Of a stretch of 64,000 nucleotides of DNA, positions 47,279 through 57,300 are shown piece by piece. Within the stretch, counting starts at the first letter, position 1, and every line of letters begins with the position of its first letter. The notes beneath the pieces were generated by a model. It searched no databases and had not been told where the DNA came from. It was given only the letters and a program-made list of their open reading frames with translations. A program made the translations under genes and the position numbers. The DNA comes from Calditrichales bacterium (GTDB taxonomy: Bacteria; Calditrichota; Calditrichia; Calditrichales; J004). Location: contig OZ254086.1 in assembly GCA_965267575.1 (NCBI GenBank), forward strand, positions 3,136,001 to 3,200,000, written 5' to 3'.

Positions 47279-47374
47279 GCAGTGCCTCCCCAAAGAATAA
47301 GATGTTCATTAATAATTATTTTAGGGGAAATATGCAACGGGGAATATTGACTTCCGCCATGGCCCGAACCTGAT

Positions 47375-47962
47375 CTACCAAAGCTGCCCGCTAACGGTAA
47401 CCCCGACATTAAAGCTCACACTTTTCTGCATGCTATCAGGAAAAGGGGGGATGGTGAACTCCTCTTTACCGTAAATAGGTTCACCATTTTCGTCTATTCC
47501 GATGATTCTCTTTGTCGTCCCCCTGCTGGCTTTATAACTTCTCGAATAGTCTGAAAAGTTAAAACTGCCAAATATCTCCATTGCTGTTGTTGGACGATAG
47601 GATAAAACGACCTCGGGCTGTACGTAGAAACTGTTGGTCGCATCTCCGCCCGTCCCATAAAGCCCCTCGGAGATGGTTTGCTCAGGGAAAAAGTGGAGCG
47701 CCGCCGAAAGGGTGATGTTATCTGTGAGACCCAGATACGATCTCATATTTATAGAGTACGCATTTCGTTCGATGCCGCTTTCACTTTCAGGTCTGGATTC
47801 TTCCGAACTGTTGTTTTGAAAATAGAGACTGGTAATATATTGCCCGCTTTTAAGAAATGGATTATTAAATCCGACAGGCACCATGTGTTCCAGTTGCTGG
47901 GCCGGTAAAACACTGCAAAGAAGTAGCGTAACTAAAGCTGTTAACGAAGCATATCTTAACAT
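47375..47962 (-). CDS. Exported hypothetical protein, possibly a small outer-membrane beta-barrel
   Basis: Signal peptide; amphipathic strands; ends VGVTVSGQLW; AAGGGAG RBS. Confidence 0.6.
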   Translation of the reverse strand: MLRYASLTALVTLLLCSVLPAQQLEHMVPVGFNNPFLKSGQYITSLYFQNNSSEESRPESESGIERNAYSINMRSYLGLTDNITLSAALHFFPEQTISEGLYGTGGDATNSFYVQPEVVLSYRPTTAMEIFGSFNFSDYSRSYKASRGTTKRIIGIDENGEPIYGKEEFTIPPFPDSMQKSVSFNVGVTVSGQLW

Positions 47963-48087
47963 AATAAACTCCCTTTTAATTATGTAAAACTATAATACTG
48001 TTTAACCTTATGGTTTTCCGTTAAAATAATAGGGAGTGTTTCAAAAAGAATCAAATATTAAATAAAGTTATTTCGCCGTACCGCTGG

Positions 48088-48852
48088 CTATTTGTCGGTT
48101 GATTTAACGGTTTCAATAATGGCAGACACGACAATCTTTTGTTGTTTCTCCCGGGAGATGGCGGCGTCGTTGTCTCCCAGTTGTGGACCGTAATAGCCAA
48201 ACTGCGCGTGATTGGCCCCTTCTATTTGAATCCATTGCGTATGTTCAGGGAGATTGTCAGCCGTCTCACGGATCTTATGCGGCGGCGCCACACCGTCCAG
48301 CGTACCATAGATTTTTTTCACGGGTATATCCAGGTGCGATAGATCGAATCGCTTGGGGTGGGACGTTCCTATCAGGACAAGGGCATCAATTTGTGAAGCG
48401 TGTTTTTGGGCCAGTAAAGCGCCCATTTCTCCACCTTTGGAGTGACCGCAGACCGTCCAGTTTTCGATAAATGGAAATACAGCCCGTGCAGCGATCGCGT
48501 TATTAACGGCTTCGTCCTTGTGGTTGTCAAATGGCGCAAAACGCCAGGGCAGCTTCACGATAATCGAAAGGATACCGTTTTCTGCCAACTTTCTGTTCAG
48601 TGGTAAATAGGCATAGGGATCAACGCCGCCGCCTGGGAAAAACAATACCGCGCTTTGAACGGAATCGCTCACCGGCGAAAAGACAATCCAATTATCTTCA
48701 TCATTTATGACAACATGTTCATCATTATGCCTTAGCTTATCTGCATAGCCTTTCGCGGAAAAAGACCAAAACTGCTAGGCGACAAAAGCCAGGCCTGCTG
48801 TAACCCAGACAATACGTATCCATTTCATAATCTTTGTTTTGGTTAAACTCAT
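48088..48852 (-). pseudogene. Alpha/beta hydrolase (Abhydrolase_5-like) interrupted by one in-frame TAG
   Basis: ATG 48852 with GGAGG RBS is in frame with the 48088-48672 ORF; TAG at 48775-48777 is codon 26; PGGGVD..AY, GHSKGG, YGTLDGVA, GANHAQFG.YG.Q.GD intact. Confidence 0.75.
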
Positions 48853-49016
48853 ATTCCTCCCTGGTTTATGTGTGAACGCAAAGACTTGTCTACGGCAAAA
48901 AGTATAAACTGTTTAAGAAAACTTATTTTCAAGAGCCCGCAAGTTTGTTGAGCGTTTTACAACGTCGTATTTTTCGCACTACGATATTTCTGTTCAACCC
49001 AAAACGGAGTGGAGAT

Positions 49017-50786
49017 ATGAATGTGCATCTGAAAACTGTTTTGATTTTGCTTGTTACGCTGTGTGCATCTCTGAGCGCGCGCGATATCAGCGGCGACTGG
49101 AAAGGCACGCTGGACGTAAACGGCAATTTGCTATCGCTGGTGTTCCATTTTGAAAAAGATCAAGCCGGCTACAGCGGCACGATGGACAGTCCCGACCAGG
49201 GCGCCTTTGGCATCCCGCTGGCCAATATTGTGATTAGTGAAAAAGGCATCCTGCTCGATGTACCGGCCGTTGGCGGCAGCTACAGCGGCACATTTCTGGA
49301 GGACGGCGTTTTAGAAGGACAGTGGAGCCAGGGCGGCATGTCGCTGCCTTTGCGGTTGAACAAAATCGTTGCTGACGTCAAAGAAAAGAAGGCGGTGCTT
49401 TCCAAAAAGCAGACGGAGCGGCTAAGCGGCAACTGGCAGGGCCTGCTCAATGCAGGTGCGGCAAAATTAACGATTGTATTCCGGCTGAAGGCAGATGAAG
49501 CCGGCAAGCTGAAAGGCTCTATGGATAGTCCCGACCAGGGCGCCACGGATATTCCGGTTGAAAGCGTGACCATTGAGAAAGACGGTAAAACGTTTCTGAT
49601 CAGTGTGCCGTCGATTGGCGGCAGCTACCGGGCACAATTCACGGCCAGCGGCGATTCTTTGACCGGCACGTGGATGCAATCGGGCCAGAAACTGCCGCTT
49701 GATTTGGGTAAGGTGGGGCAGGTGCAAAAACCCAAACGCCCGCAGGAGCCAAAAGCACCGTATCCCTATAACGAAGAAGAGGTTTTTTTCCTAAATGAAA
49801 AGGACAGTATAAAGCTGGCGGGTACGTTGACGCTGCCCCGAGGAAAAGCACCTTATCCCGGTGTGGTGCTTGTTTCCGGCTCCGGCCCGCAGGACCGTGA
49901 TGAGACGATCTTTGGCCATAAACCGTTCAAGGTGCTGGCGGATTACTTCACACGTAACGGCTATGCGGTTTTGCGCTATGATGACCGTGGTACAGCTCAA
50001 TCCGAGGGAGAGCATGCCGGCGCCACGTCCGTTGATCTGGCGCGTGATGCCGCCGCAGCATTTGATTTTCTGCGCAATGATAAACGCATACACCCTGAGC
50101 AAGTCGGAATGATTGGTCACAGCGAGGGCGGTTTGATTATACCGATGGTAGCGGCTGACCATCCGGATGTCGCGTTTCTTGTCTTGATGGCGGCGCCCGG
50201 TGTGAGCGGCAGTGAGCTTCTTTTAAAACAACAGCGGCTGGTTTTTAAGGCTATGGGATTCAGCGATTCTCTTATCGAAGAAAACAGCCGGCTGAATGCC
50301 AAAATATTCAATATGCTTAAAAATGAACTGGAAGATGAAGTTTTGCGCACCGAGATGGAGGGGGCCTTTCGTGAGCATTATGAAAACCTGCCGGACCAGC
50401 TAAAACGTGAGTTCGATAAACTGGGCAATTTAGAGCTGCGCACCAGCAGTAATATGGAAGCTTACCTGTCGCCGTGGTTTCGCTATTTTATCGACTATGA
50501 CCCGGCGCCGGTTTTATATGACGTAAAATGTCCCATTCTTGCAGTTAACGGTTCGTTGGATGTGCAGGTGGATGCGGAGCAGAATTTGGGCACCCTAAAG
50601 CAGATATTGGAAGACGCCGGTCATCCCGATTACACGATCAAAGTGTTTGAGGGATTAAACCATCTTTTTCAGCCGGCGGAAACAGGCGCTATTGCAGAAT
50701 ATGGTCAGATTGAAATTACCTTCTCCGAAGAGGCCATGCGCTTTATCCTAAATTGGATGAAAGCCCAAACAGACAAGGCAGGTTGA
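49017..50786 (+). CDS. Secreted alpha/beta hydrolase (peptidase/esterase-like) with two repeated N-terminal beta domains
   Basis: Signal peptide; two G.W.G.L...MDSPDQGA...G.W.Q repeats; KRPQEP..PYPY, GSGPQDRDE, RYDDRG, GHSEGG, G..D.QV, LNHLFQ. Confidence 0.88.
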   Translation: MNVHLKTVLILLVTLCASLSARDISGDWKGTLDVNGNLLSLVFHFEKDQAGYSGTMDSPDQGAFGIPLANIVISEKGILLDVPAVGGSYSGTFLEDGVLEGQWSQGGMSLPLRLNKIVADVKEKKAVLSKKQTERLSGNWQGLLNAGAAKLTIVFRLKADEAGKLKGSMDSPDQGATDIPVESVTIEKDGKTFLISVPSIGGSYRAQFTASGDSLTGTWMQSGQKLPLDLGKVGQVQKPKRPQEPKAPYPYNEEEVFFLNEKDSIKLAGTLTLPRGKAPYPGVVLVSGSGPQDRDETIFGHKPFKVLADYFTRNGYAVLRYDDRGTAQSEGEHAGATSVDLARDAAAAFDFLRNDKRIHPEQVGMIGHSEGGLIIPMVAADHPDVAFLVLMAAPGVSGSELLLKQQRLVFKAMGFSDSLIEENSRLNAKIFNMLKNELEDEVLRTEMEGAFREHYENLPDQLKREFDKLGNLELRTSSNMEAYLSPWFRYFIDYDPAPVLYDVKCPILAVNGSLDVQVDAEQNLGTLKQILEDAGHPDYTIKVFEGLNHLFQPAETGAIAEYGQIEITFSEEAMRFILNWMKAQTDKAG

Positions 50787-50788
50787 AA

Positions 50789-52351
50789 TTAGGAAGCCGG
50801 ATTTGCCGTGGTTTGCCAAATCGCAATGAGCTTTTCAAACTGACTTATTAATGTTGAGGGACGAAATGGTTTTTGAATAAAGCCACAGGGTTTCTCTTCC
50901 GTAAAATATTGTTTCAGTTCGTTTTCCGAATGGCCGCTGAGAATGATAACAGGTACGCCCGGATTTATATTTTTCATTTTATGAAAGATTTTATCACCAC
51001 GCGGTCCGGGCATTGTAAAGTCCAATAAGACGGCCTTAAGGGTATGATGCCTTTCCTGAAAAATGCGCAAGCCTTCTTCGCCATCCGCCGTGGTTAAAGC
51101 AGTTAAGCCGGAATTTTCCAGAGTCAGCGAAACAACTTGTCGAATACTGTGCTCATCGTCGATAACAAGGATTTCTTTTTTGTCAGTCCTACTTTCCCCG
51201 GGCCCCACAACGGTCTGATGATTTTCCTCGTCCGCAAAGGGGAAAAATACCTTAAATGAACTGCCTTTTCCCGTCTTGCTCTCCAGCATCAACGCGCCAT
51301 TGTTTGCGCGAATAATCCCCTCAACCGCCGCGAGACCCAAACCACGCCCAATAAACTTGGTGCTAAAAAAGGGGTCGAATATTTTATTTGTCATTCCGGG
51401 TTCAATCCCGCTGCCGTTATCCCGGACTTCAAGCATCAAAAATCTTCCAATGGCGCTAGTGTGATCGATAAAACATTTTTTTAAACAGCTCAAATCGCAG
51501 TTCACCACTTTGGTTATAATTTCTACCTGTCCGCGGTCGTGATCTATCGATTCGGCTGCGTTTGAGCAGAGATTTAGCACCAGTTGCCGGATTTGATCTG
51601 CGTCTGAATGGATCTTTGGCAAAGATGAAGAAAGCGTCGTTTTCAGCTTAATTTTTTTAGATAGGAGGAGCCTAATAAGATCGCTTATTTTGTTTATTTC
51701 TGCGCTTATATCCAGATCGCGTTTGAAAAACATTCCCTTTCCCGAATAGGCCAGAAGTTGTTTCAAAATATCGGCTGCCCTGCCTGCCGATTGTTGAGCG
51801 TTTGACAAAAGCTCTCGTACAGGCGAGCCTTTTTCCAACCGCATCATTGCCAGCTCGTTATAACCGATTATTCCGGTAAGAATATTGTTTAATTCATGCG
51901 CCAAACCACCTGCCAGTGCGCCTATGCTTTCCAGCTTTTGAGTGTGACGTATTTTTTCTTCCAGGTTGCGACGTTCGTCATCTATCTCTTTCTGTTTGGA
52001 GACATCCCTGACAACACCAATCATGCCCAGGGGTTTGCCGGAAGAGTTTTTGATTAAAGAAGTTGTGACGCTCGCGGGAAAAATGGTATTGTCTTTCTTA
52101 CGCTGATCTATTTCACCGGACCATGAGCCGCTCTCCATGATCGATGGGATTATGATTTCTTCCGAAATAGATTTGTTCCAGTTTAAAATATTGACATGTT
52201 TGCCCGTCAATTCGCCTTCCTGGTAGCCGTATATCATCTCCGAAGCTTTATTGCTAAAAAGGATATTGCCTCGAAGGTCAGTGATATTTATGCCGTCAAC
52301 GCTTGTTCTCACGGCATGCATAAACAATTCAAGGAGGTCGTCGGTTGCCAT
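50789..52351 (-). CDS. Cytoplasmic hybrid histidine kinase (PAS - HisKA - HATPase - REC)
   Basis: PAS N.ASE.IYGY; KLESIGALAGGLAHELNNIL; NLCSNA, DNGSGI, FDPFFSTK, GRGLGL; C-terminal receiver domain. Confidence 0.92.
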   Translation of the reverse strand: MATDDLLELFMHAVRTSVDGINITDLRGNILFSNKASEMIYGYQEGELTGKHVNILNWNKSISEEIIIPSIMESGSWSGEIDQRKKDNTIFPASVTTSLIKNSSGKPLGMIGVVRDVSKQKEIDDERRNLEEKIRHTQKLESIGALAGGLAHELNNILTGIIGYNELAMMRLEKGSPVRELLSNAQQSAGRAADILKQLLAYSGKGMFFKRDLDISAEINKISDLIRLLLSKKIKLKTTLSSSLPKIHSDADQIRQLVLNLCSNAAESIDHDRGQVEIITKVVNCDLSCLKKCFIDHTSAIGRFLMLEVRDNGSGIEPGMTNKIFDPFFSTKFIGRGLGLAAVEGIIRANNGALMLESKTGKGSSFKVFFPFADEENHQTVVGPGESRTDKKEILVIDDEHSIRQVVSLTLENSGLTALTTADGEEGLRIFQERHHTLKAVLLDFTMPGPRGDKIFHKMKNINPGVPVIILSGHSENELKQYFTEEKPCGFIQKPFRPSTLISQFEKLIAIWQTTANPAS

Positions 52352-52564
52352 CGTATTATCCTAAGTGAGTACAGCGAAATCTATCACATACTCGTTGACA
52401 ATGCACTTTTTTATAAGCCCCACATTACAAATATTGAAACCTAAGGCTTTCAATGCTGAGTTTTACGCGGTAAGTGGAGTAATTTGATAGAATATGGAGA
52501 CATCTGTATTTTCAGCCAATATCGGCTAAAGCAGCAAAATTGACGACGTCTGGGAGCTTTGGAT

Positions 52565-53392
52565 ATGAATTTAAAAGGAAAAACCATAATCATCACCGGC
52601 GCCAGCCGCGGGATAGGCAAAGCCATGGCGCTGCGTTTTGCGCAGGATGGAGCCAATGTCGTTGCCGCAGCTAAATCTCTGAAGCCCCACCCCAAGCTTC
52701 CCGGCACAATTACTGAAACGGCAAAGCTGGCGGAAGAACAGGGTGGCAAAGGGCTGGCCATCCAGGTAGATGTACGTTACCCCGAACAGGTGCAGGAAAT
52801 GGTGCAAAAGACCGTTAACACTTTTGGCGGCATAGATGTGTTGATTAACAATGCCGGCGCCATTAGCCTGACCAACGTTGAAAACACCAGCGTCAAGCTT
52901 TTCGACCGTATGCACACGGTTAACGATCGCGCCGTTTTTTTATGCAGCCGGGCAGCATTGCCTTATTTAAAAAAATCGGCAACTCCCCATATACTAAACT
53001 TGTCGCCGCCGCTCAACCTTAATCCCAAATGGCTGAAAGACTACATCCCATACACGCGCAGCAAATACGGCATGACGCTTATGACGCTGGGCATGTCGGA
53101 AGAATTCCGCGAGGCAGGGATTGCGGTTAACAGCCTGTGGCCACGCACACTGATTGCCACGGCCGCCATCGAATTTGCCGTTGGTGATAAAAAAATGCTT
53201 AAACAATGCCGCAAGCCGGAGATCATGGCCGACGCTGCATACAGCATTATCACAACCAAAAGCACTTGGCTGACGGGGCAGTGCCTGATAGATGAGCAGG
53301 TGTTGCGCGAAAACGGCACGGAAGATTTTTCCGTTTATTCTGCCGATGCCGATAATCCCGATAACCTTTTACCCGATATCTTTCTTGACTGA
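52565..53392 (+). CDS. Short-chain dehydrogenase/reductase, HSDL2-like
   Basis: TGASRGIG, PHPKLPGTI, NNAG, LNLSPPL, YTRSK, NSLWPRT.IATAA, R.PEIMADAA. Confidence 0.9.
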   Translation: MNLKGKTIIITGASRGIGKAMALRFAQDGANVVAAAKSLKPHPKLPGTITETAKLAEEQGGKGLAIQVDVRYPEQVQEMVQKTVNTFGGIDVLINNAGAISLTNVENTSVKLFDRMHTVNDRAVFLCSRAALPYLKKSATPHILNLSPPLNLNPKWLKDYIPYTRSKYGMTLMTLGMSEEFREAGIAVNSLWPRTLIATAAIEFAVGDKKMLKQCRKPEIMADAAYSIITTKSTWLTGQCLIDEQVLRENGTEDFSVYSADADNPDNLLPDIFLD

Positions 53393-53934
53393 TGCCTGAA
53401 AAATATACCATCGCCTGGCGCCCCTTACTGCTATTGCTTCTGGCCATCTGGATTGTTGAAGCTTTTAACCTGCTGGTGGGGCATACGCTCTTTCCGTTGG
53501 GGATATTGCCGCGCACATTGCAGGGGCTGGACGGCATATTGTGGTTTTCCTTTGTACATGGCAGCCTGGATCACGCCGTGCTGAATACGGTGCCGCTTGT
53601 TGTTTTGGGTGCGCTTTCGGCAACACGCGGCTCAAGAAATTTCATAATTCTCACCTTGGGTATAATCCTCATCGGTGGTGGACTCTTGTGGCTGCTGGGC
53701 CGTTCATCGTGGCATATTGGGGCCAGCTTGCTGGTGTTTGGCTATTTTGGCTGTCTGTTGGCAATGGCCTGGTACGAGCGCAGCTTTGCGGCTATTCTCA
53801 CCGCGATTCTCGTTACAGTTTTTTACAGTGGTATGTTGTGGGGCGTCTTGCCTTTGGAAACGCACGTATCCTGGGAAGGGCACTTATTTGGTTTGCTGGC
53901 GGGTGTTATTATGGCACGCCATCTCTCACGCTGA
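53392..53934 (+). CDS. Rhomboid-family intramembrane serine protease
   Basis: GILPR, HGSLDHAVLN, HIGAS, SWEGHLFG. Confidence 0.88.
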   Translation: MPEKYTIAWRPLLLLLLAIWIVEAFNLLVGHTLFPLGILPRTLQGLDGILWFSFVHGSLDHAVLNTVPLVVLGALSATRGSRNFIILTLGIILIGGGLLWLLGRSSWHIGASLLVFGYFGCLLAMAWYERSFAAILTAILVTVFYSGMLWGVLPLETHVSWEGHLFGLLAGVIMARHLSR

Positions 53935-54318
53935 ACCATCCAGAGACTCGGCCAGTTTCTCGACGGCATTGCGAACATCGTCTGCCGTAAAGGGTTTGGG
54001 CAAAAAACCATAGGCGCCCATTTTTACAGCTTTTATGCCGATTGCTTTATCGGTCAGTGCGCTTATGATGATAATGCGCGCCTCTTTTTTAATCTTCAGC
54101 ATCTCCTCAAGCACTGATAAGCCATTCATCTGCGGTAACGTTATATCAAGCGTAACAATATCCGGTTCGTACATGCGGAAGCTGGTCAGCGCTTCAATGC
54201 CGTCTTTGGCAATCGCTACCAGGTTGAACATATCCTTGTCGATGCTCTTTTCAATGATTTTGCGGATGATCGATGAATCATCAACGATCATTATTTTATA
54301 GCGCTTGTCTTCGTCCAT
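53926..54318 (-). CDS. CheY-like single-domain response regulator
   Basis: IVDDS, PDIVTLDITLPQMNG, IISA, GA.GFL.KPF. Confidence 0.9.
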   Translation of the reverse strand: MDEDKRYKIMIVDDSSIIRKIIEKSIDKDMFNLVAIAKDGIEALTSFRMYEPDIVTLDITLPQMNGLSVLEEMLKIKKEARIIIISALTDKAIGIKAVKMGAYGFLPKPFTADDVRNAVEKLAESLDGSA

Positions 54319-54327
54319 AACGCGGGC

Positions 54328-57300
54328 CTAGTTGTTGCTGAACAGGGGCAAAACGATCCTGAAGGCGCAATATTGTCCCTTCTCAAAAGTTACCGAAATC
54401 TCACCCTCGTGCTTTTTTAGCTGTTCCCGTATCAAATCCATACCGATGCCGCGTCCTGCGTATTCGGTCACTTCTTTGGTCGACGAAATGCCGGGCACGA
54501 AAATCAGTTCGGCCAGTTTTTCGCGCGACCAGTCCTTCAGTTCGTCCGCGCTCCAGCGTTCACTCCGCAGGGCTTTGTCTCGCAACTTGTCTATTTGCAG
54601 GCCGCGTCCGTCATCACGAAAATCAATGATCAGTTTGCCGTCATCGATGCGACTGGCCAGATAAATCGTACCTTGTTCGGGCTTGCTGAGGCGCTGTCGC
54701 TCTTCTTTGCTTTCAAGGCCGTGGCACATACTGTTGCGCACAAGCTGAACCAGAATGTTTTTGACAAGCAGTGTATAGCTTGGCGGAATCAGCTTTTGCT
54801 GATAGCCAGAGGCGTCGACAGCCACGTTTTTCTTTAGTTCACGGCCCATGCGCGCAGCCAGTTCGCTGACGGCGCTTACCGTCCCGTCTTCGGCCGTTTG
54901 ATTCTTTTTCTGATTGCCAAATTCGGAAAGCCGGTCGATCAGCCGCTTTAATTCAAACAGGTCCCCACGCAGGTTGGCGATTGCCGCAGCCAGTTTTTCG
55001 GTCTGCCTGGGTTTGGGCTGCGTGCTTTGGCGCAATTCGCTCACGATCTCTTCCGCGCTATGAACCTGTTTGGAAATAAAATTCAATTCAAGCAGGTTGG
55101 CGTTCCCCTTGATCAGGTGCAGGGCGCGGCCAATGAAATCCGGCTCGTCATTTCCGGCGCATAAAACATCTGCGTCTTTAGTCATCCCGGTGATTGATTC
55201 AATTTCAGCAAAAGAAGAACTAAGGAACTCTTTCAGCAAAAGCGGAGGAGTCTGCAATACGCTTACCGCCCAGTCCATATGCTTTTTAACGCGTGCCTCG
55301 GTCTCAGCCAGTTTATGCGAAAGCTTCAACTCTTTCGTCACATCGGTCAATGTCACAATCAACCCGCTGATATGGCTGTTTTCGTAAACACGCCTGAAAG
55401 TAAAAGTCAGAAATTTTTCTTCCTGATATTCATCTCTGTTTTTCTTGAACGCGAAGGCGCATTTTTCCAAAGGATTCAACGCACCTATCAGCTCTTCATC
55501 TAATCTTTCATCAAACATGAAGCCAATAAATTCGCGGGCCTGGCCGGAAATATCTTCATTCAGATAACCGTCGAGCAGATCCAGAAAATGAAGACCCGCC
55601 AATTTGCTCTGCTCCAGTATTTTTAGCAGCGCCAGGGAGTGTTGCGACTGGATGGTCATATCTTTATCAAGCAGGAAAAAGCCTTCTTCCACGTTTGCGA
55701 GGATTTGATCTGTCTCTTTTTTGGCCCTCTTGAGATCGATATTTCTTTTGTACAGCTCTTTTGTTCTTTCGTTTACCTTGTGGCGCAGCTCTTCGCGATG
55801 GCGCTTAATGCGTTCAACGCGGCTGCGGTAAAAGGATAGGCTGGCAAAAATGAGAGCAAAAGCGCCAAACAGCCGGAACCACAGTGTTTTCCAGAACGGC
55901 GGCTTTATGTAGATACTGAGCGACACGCCCTCTTCGTTCCACACATCATCGTTATTGGAGCCCAGGACACGGAAGGTGTAGTATCCGGGGTCAAGGTTGG
56001 TATAACTGGCATAACGCCGGTTGCCGGCATCGTTCCAGCTCTTATCGAAGCCTTCCATCTTGTAGCGGTATTCGTTTTTCAGGGGATTTGTATAATCGAG
56101 CGCGGCGAATTCGAAGGCTATAAACTTATCATCCGCCAGCAGCGAAAGGGTGCTGTTGTTGGCCAGTATCGAATCGATTGAGATTTCTTTGTCATAGATG
56201 CGGAAGGAGGTGATGGCGATGGGCGGTATTTCGCGGTTTTCCGGTATTTCCGTTGGATTGAAAGCGGTTACGCCGGATAGTCCGCCAAAATAAAGCTTGC
56301 CGTTGCGAAGGCGCACGGCCGCCCCGGCATTGTATTCTTCATTCTCAATACCGTCTTTATGCCCGAAATTCTTAAATGAGGCGGTTTTACGATCCATGCG
56401 CACCAGTCCGTGATTGGTTCCAAACCACAGAAAACCGCGATTGTCCTCAACGATTGTATAGATCAGGTTGTTGTCCATGCTGAAATCGATATAAAAACGC
56501 TCGCTCTTTCCGTTTTTGCTGTCAAACCGGTTGAGGCCGGACGCGGTGCCCACCCAGAGTATGCCGGGCGGGTCGGAAGGGGATTCATGGATATCAATGA
56601 CCAGGTTCATTGTCAGGCTGGTGGTATCGTTGGGGTTATGGTAATAATTACTGAATGTCTCGTTCAGCGGGTTAAATAAAGCCAGTCCGTTATAGGTGGC
56701 CAGCCAGATGCGTCCCAGGCGGTCACGCATTACTTCCAGAATACGGTTATCGCAAATGGTTGTGCTGTCTTCATCATTGTGGCGGTAGGTTTTAAATTGG
56801 CCGGAAGCAGGATTGTACCAGTTCAGACCGTCCATGGTCGCAATATACATGCTGCCGTCGTTGTTGATAAGGAAATCGCGCACCTTGTTGTGTGCCAGAG
56901 AGTTATTTGTGTTGCCGCGGTGCGTAATATGGCGGATGGTTTCCGTTACGGGATTTACAATCGCCACACCACCGCCATCCGTGCCGACATAAAGCGTTCC
57001 GTCCGGGTGCGGCGCGATCGTACGTACCGTGTTCTGCTCCACCATGCTGCCGGGGGCCAGATTGTAGTGCTTGTAGCTTCGCGTTGCCGGATTGTATTTA
57101 TTTAAGCCGCGGGATGTGCCGATCCACAGGGTATTGTCATTATCTTCATAAAAGGACCAGACGATATCGGAGCTAAGCGAATTACGGTTCTCAGGATCGT
57201 TGCGCAGATTGTGGAAAACCGTGTAGGAGCGCGCCAGCTTGTTTACGCCGCCGTTGGTCGTGCCGATCCACAAAATGCCGGAGCGGTCTTCATAAAGGCT

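Noticed and set aside
47279..47374. Glycine riboswitch upstream of the AGCS symporter
   Set aside because: The leader is under 100 nt and lacks the conserved aptamer motifs.
48775..48777. Pyrrolysine or genome-wide amber recoding
   Set aside because: TAG ends several well-defined genes in the window, no pyl genes are seen, and a Trp-to-stop point change is simpler.
52395..52417. Sigma70 promoter TTGACA...TATAAG upstream of the SDR gene
   Set aside because: The spacing is 11 bp, incompatible with the usual 16-18 bp.
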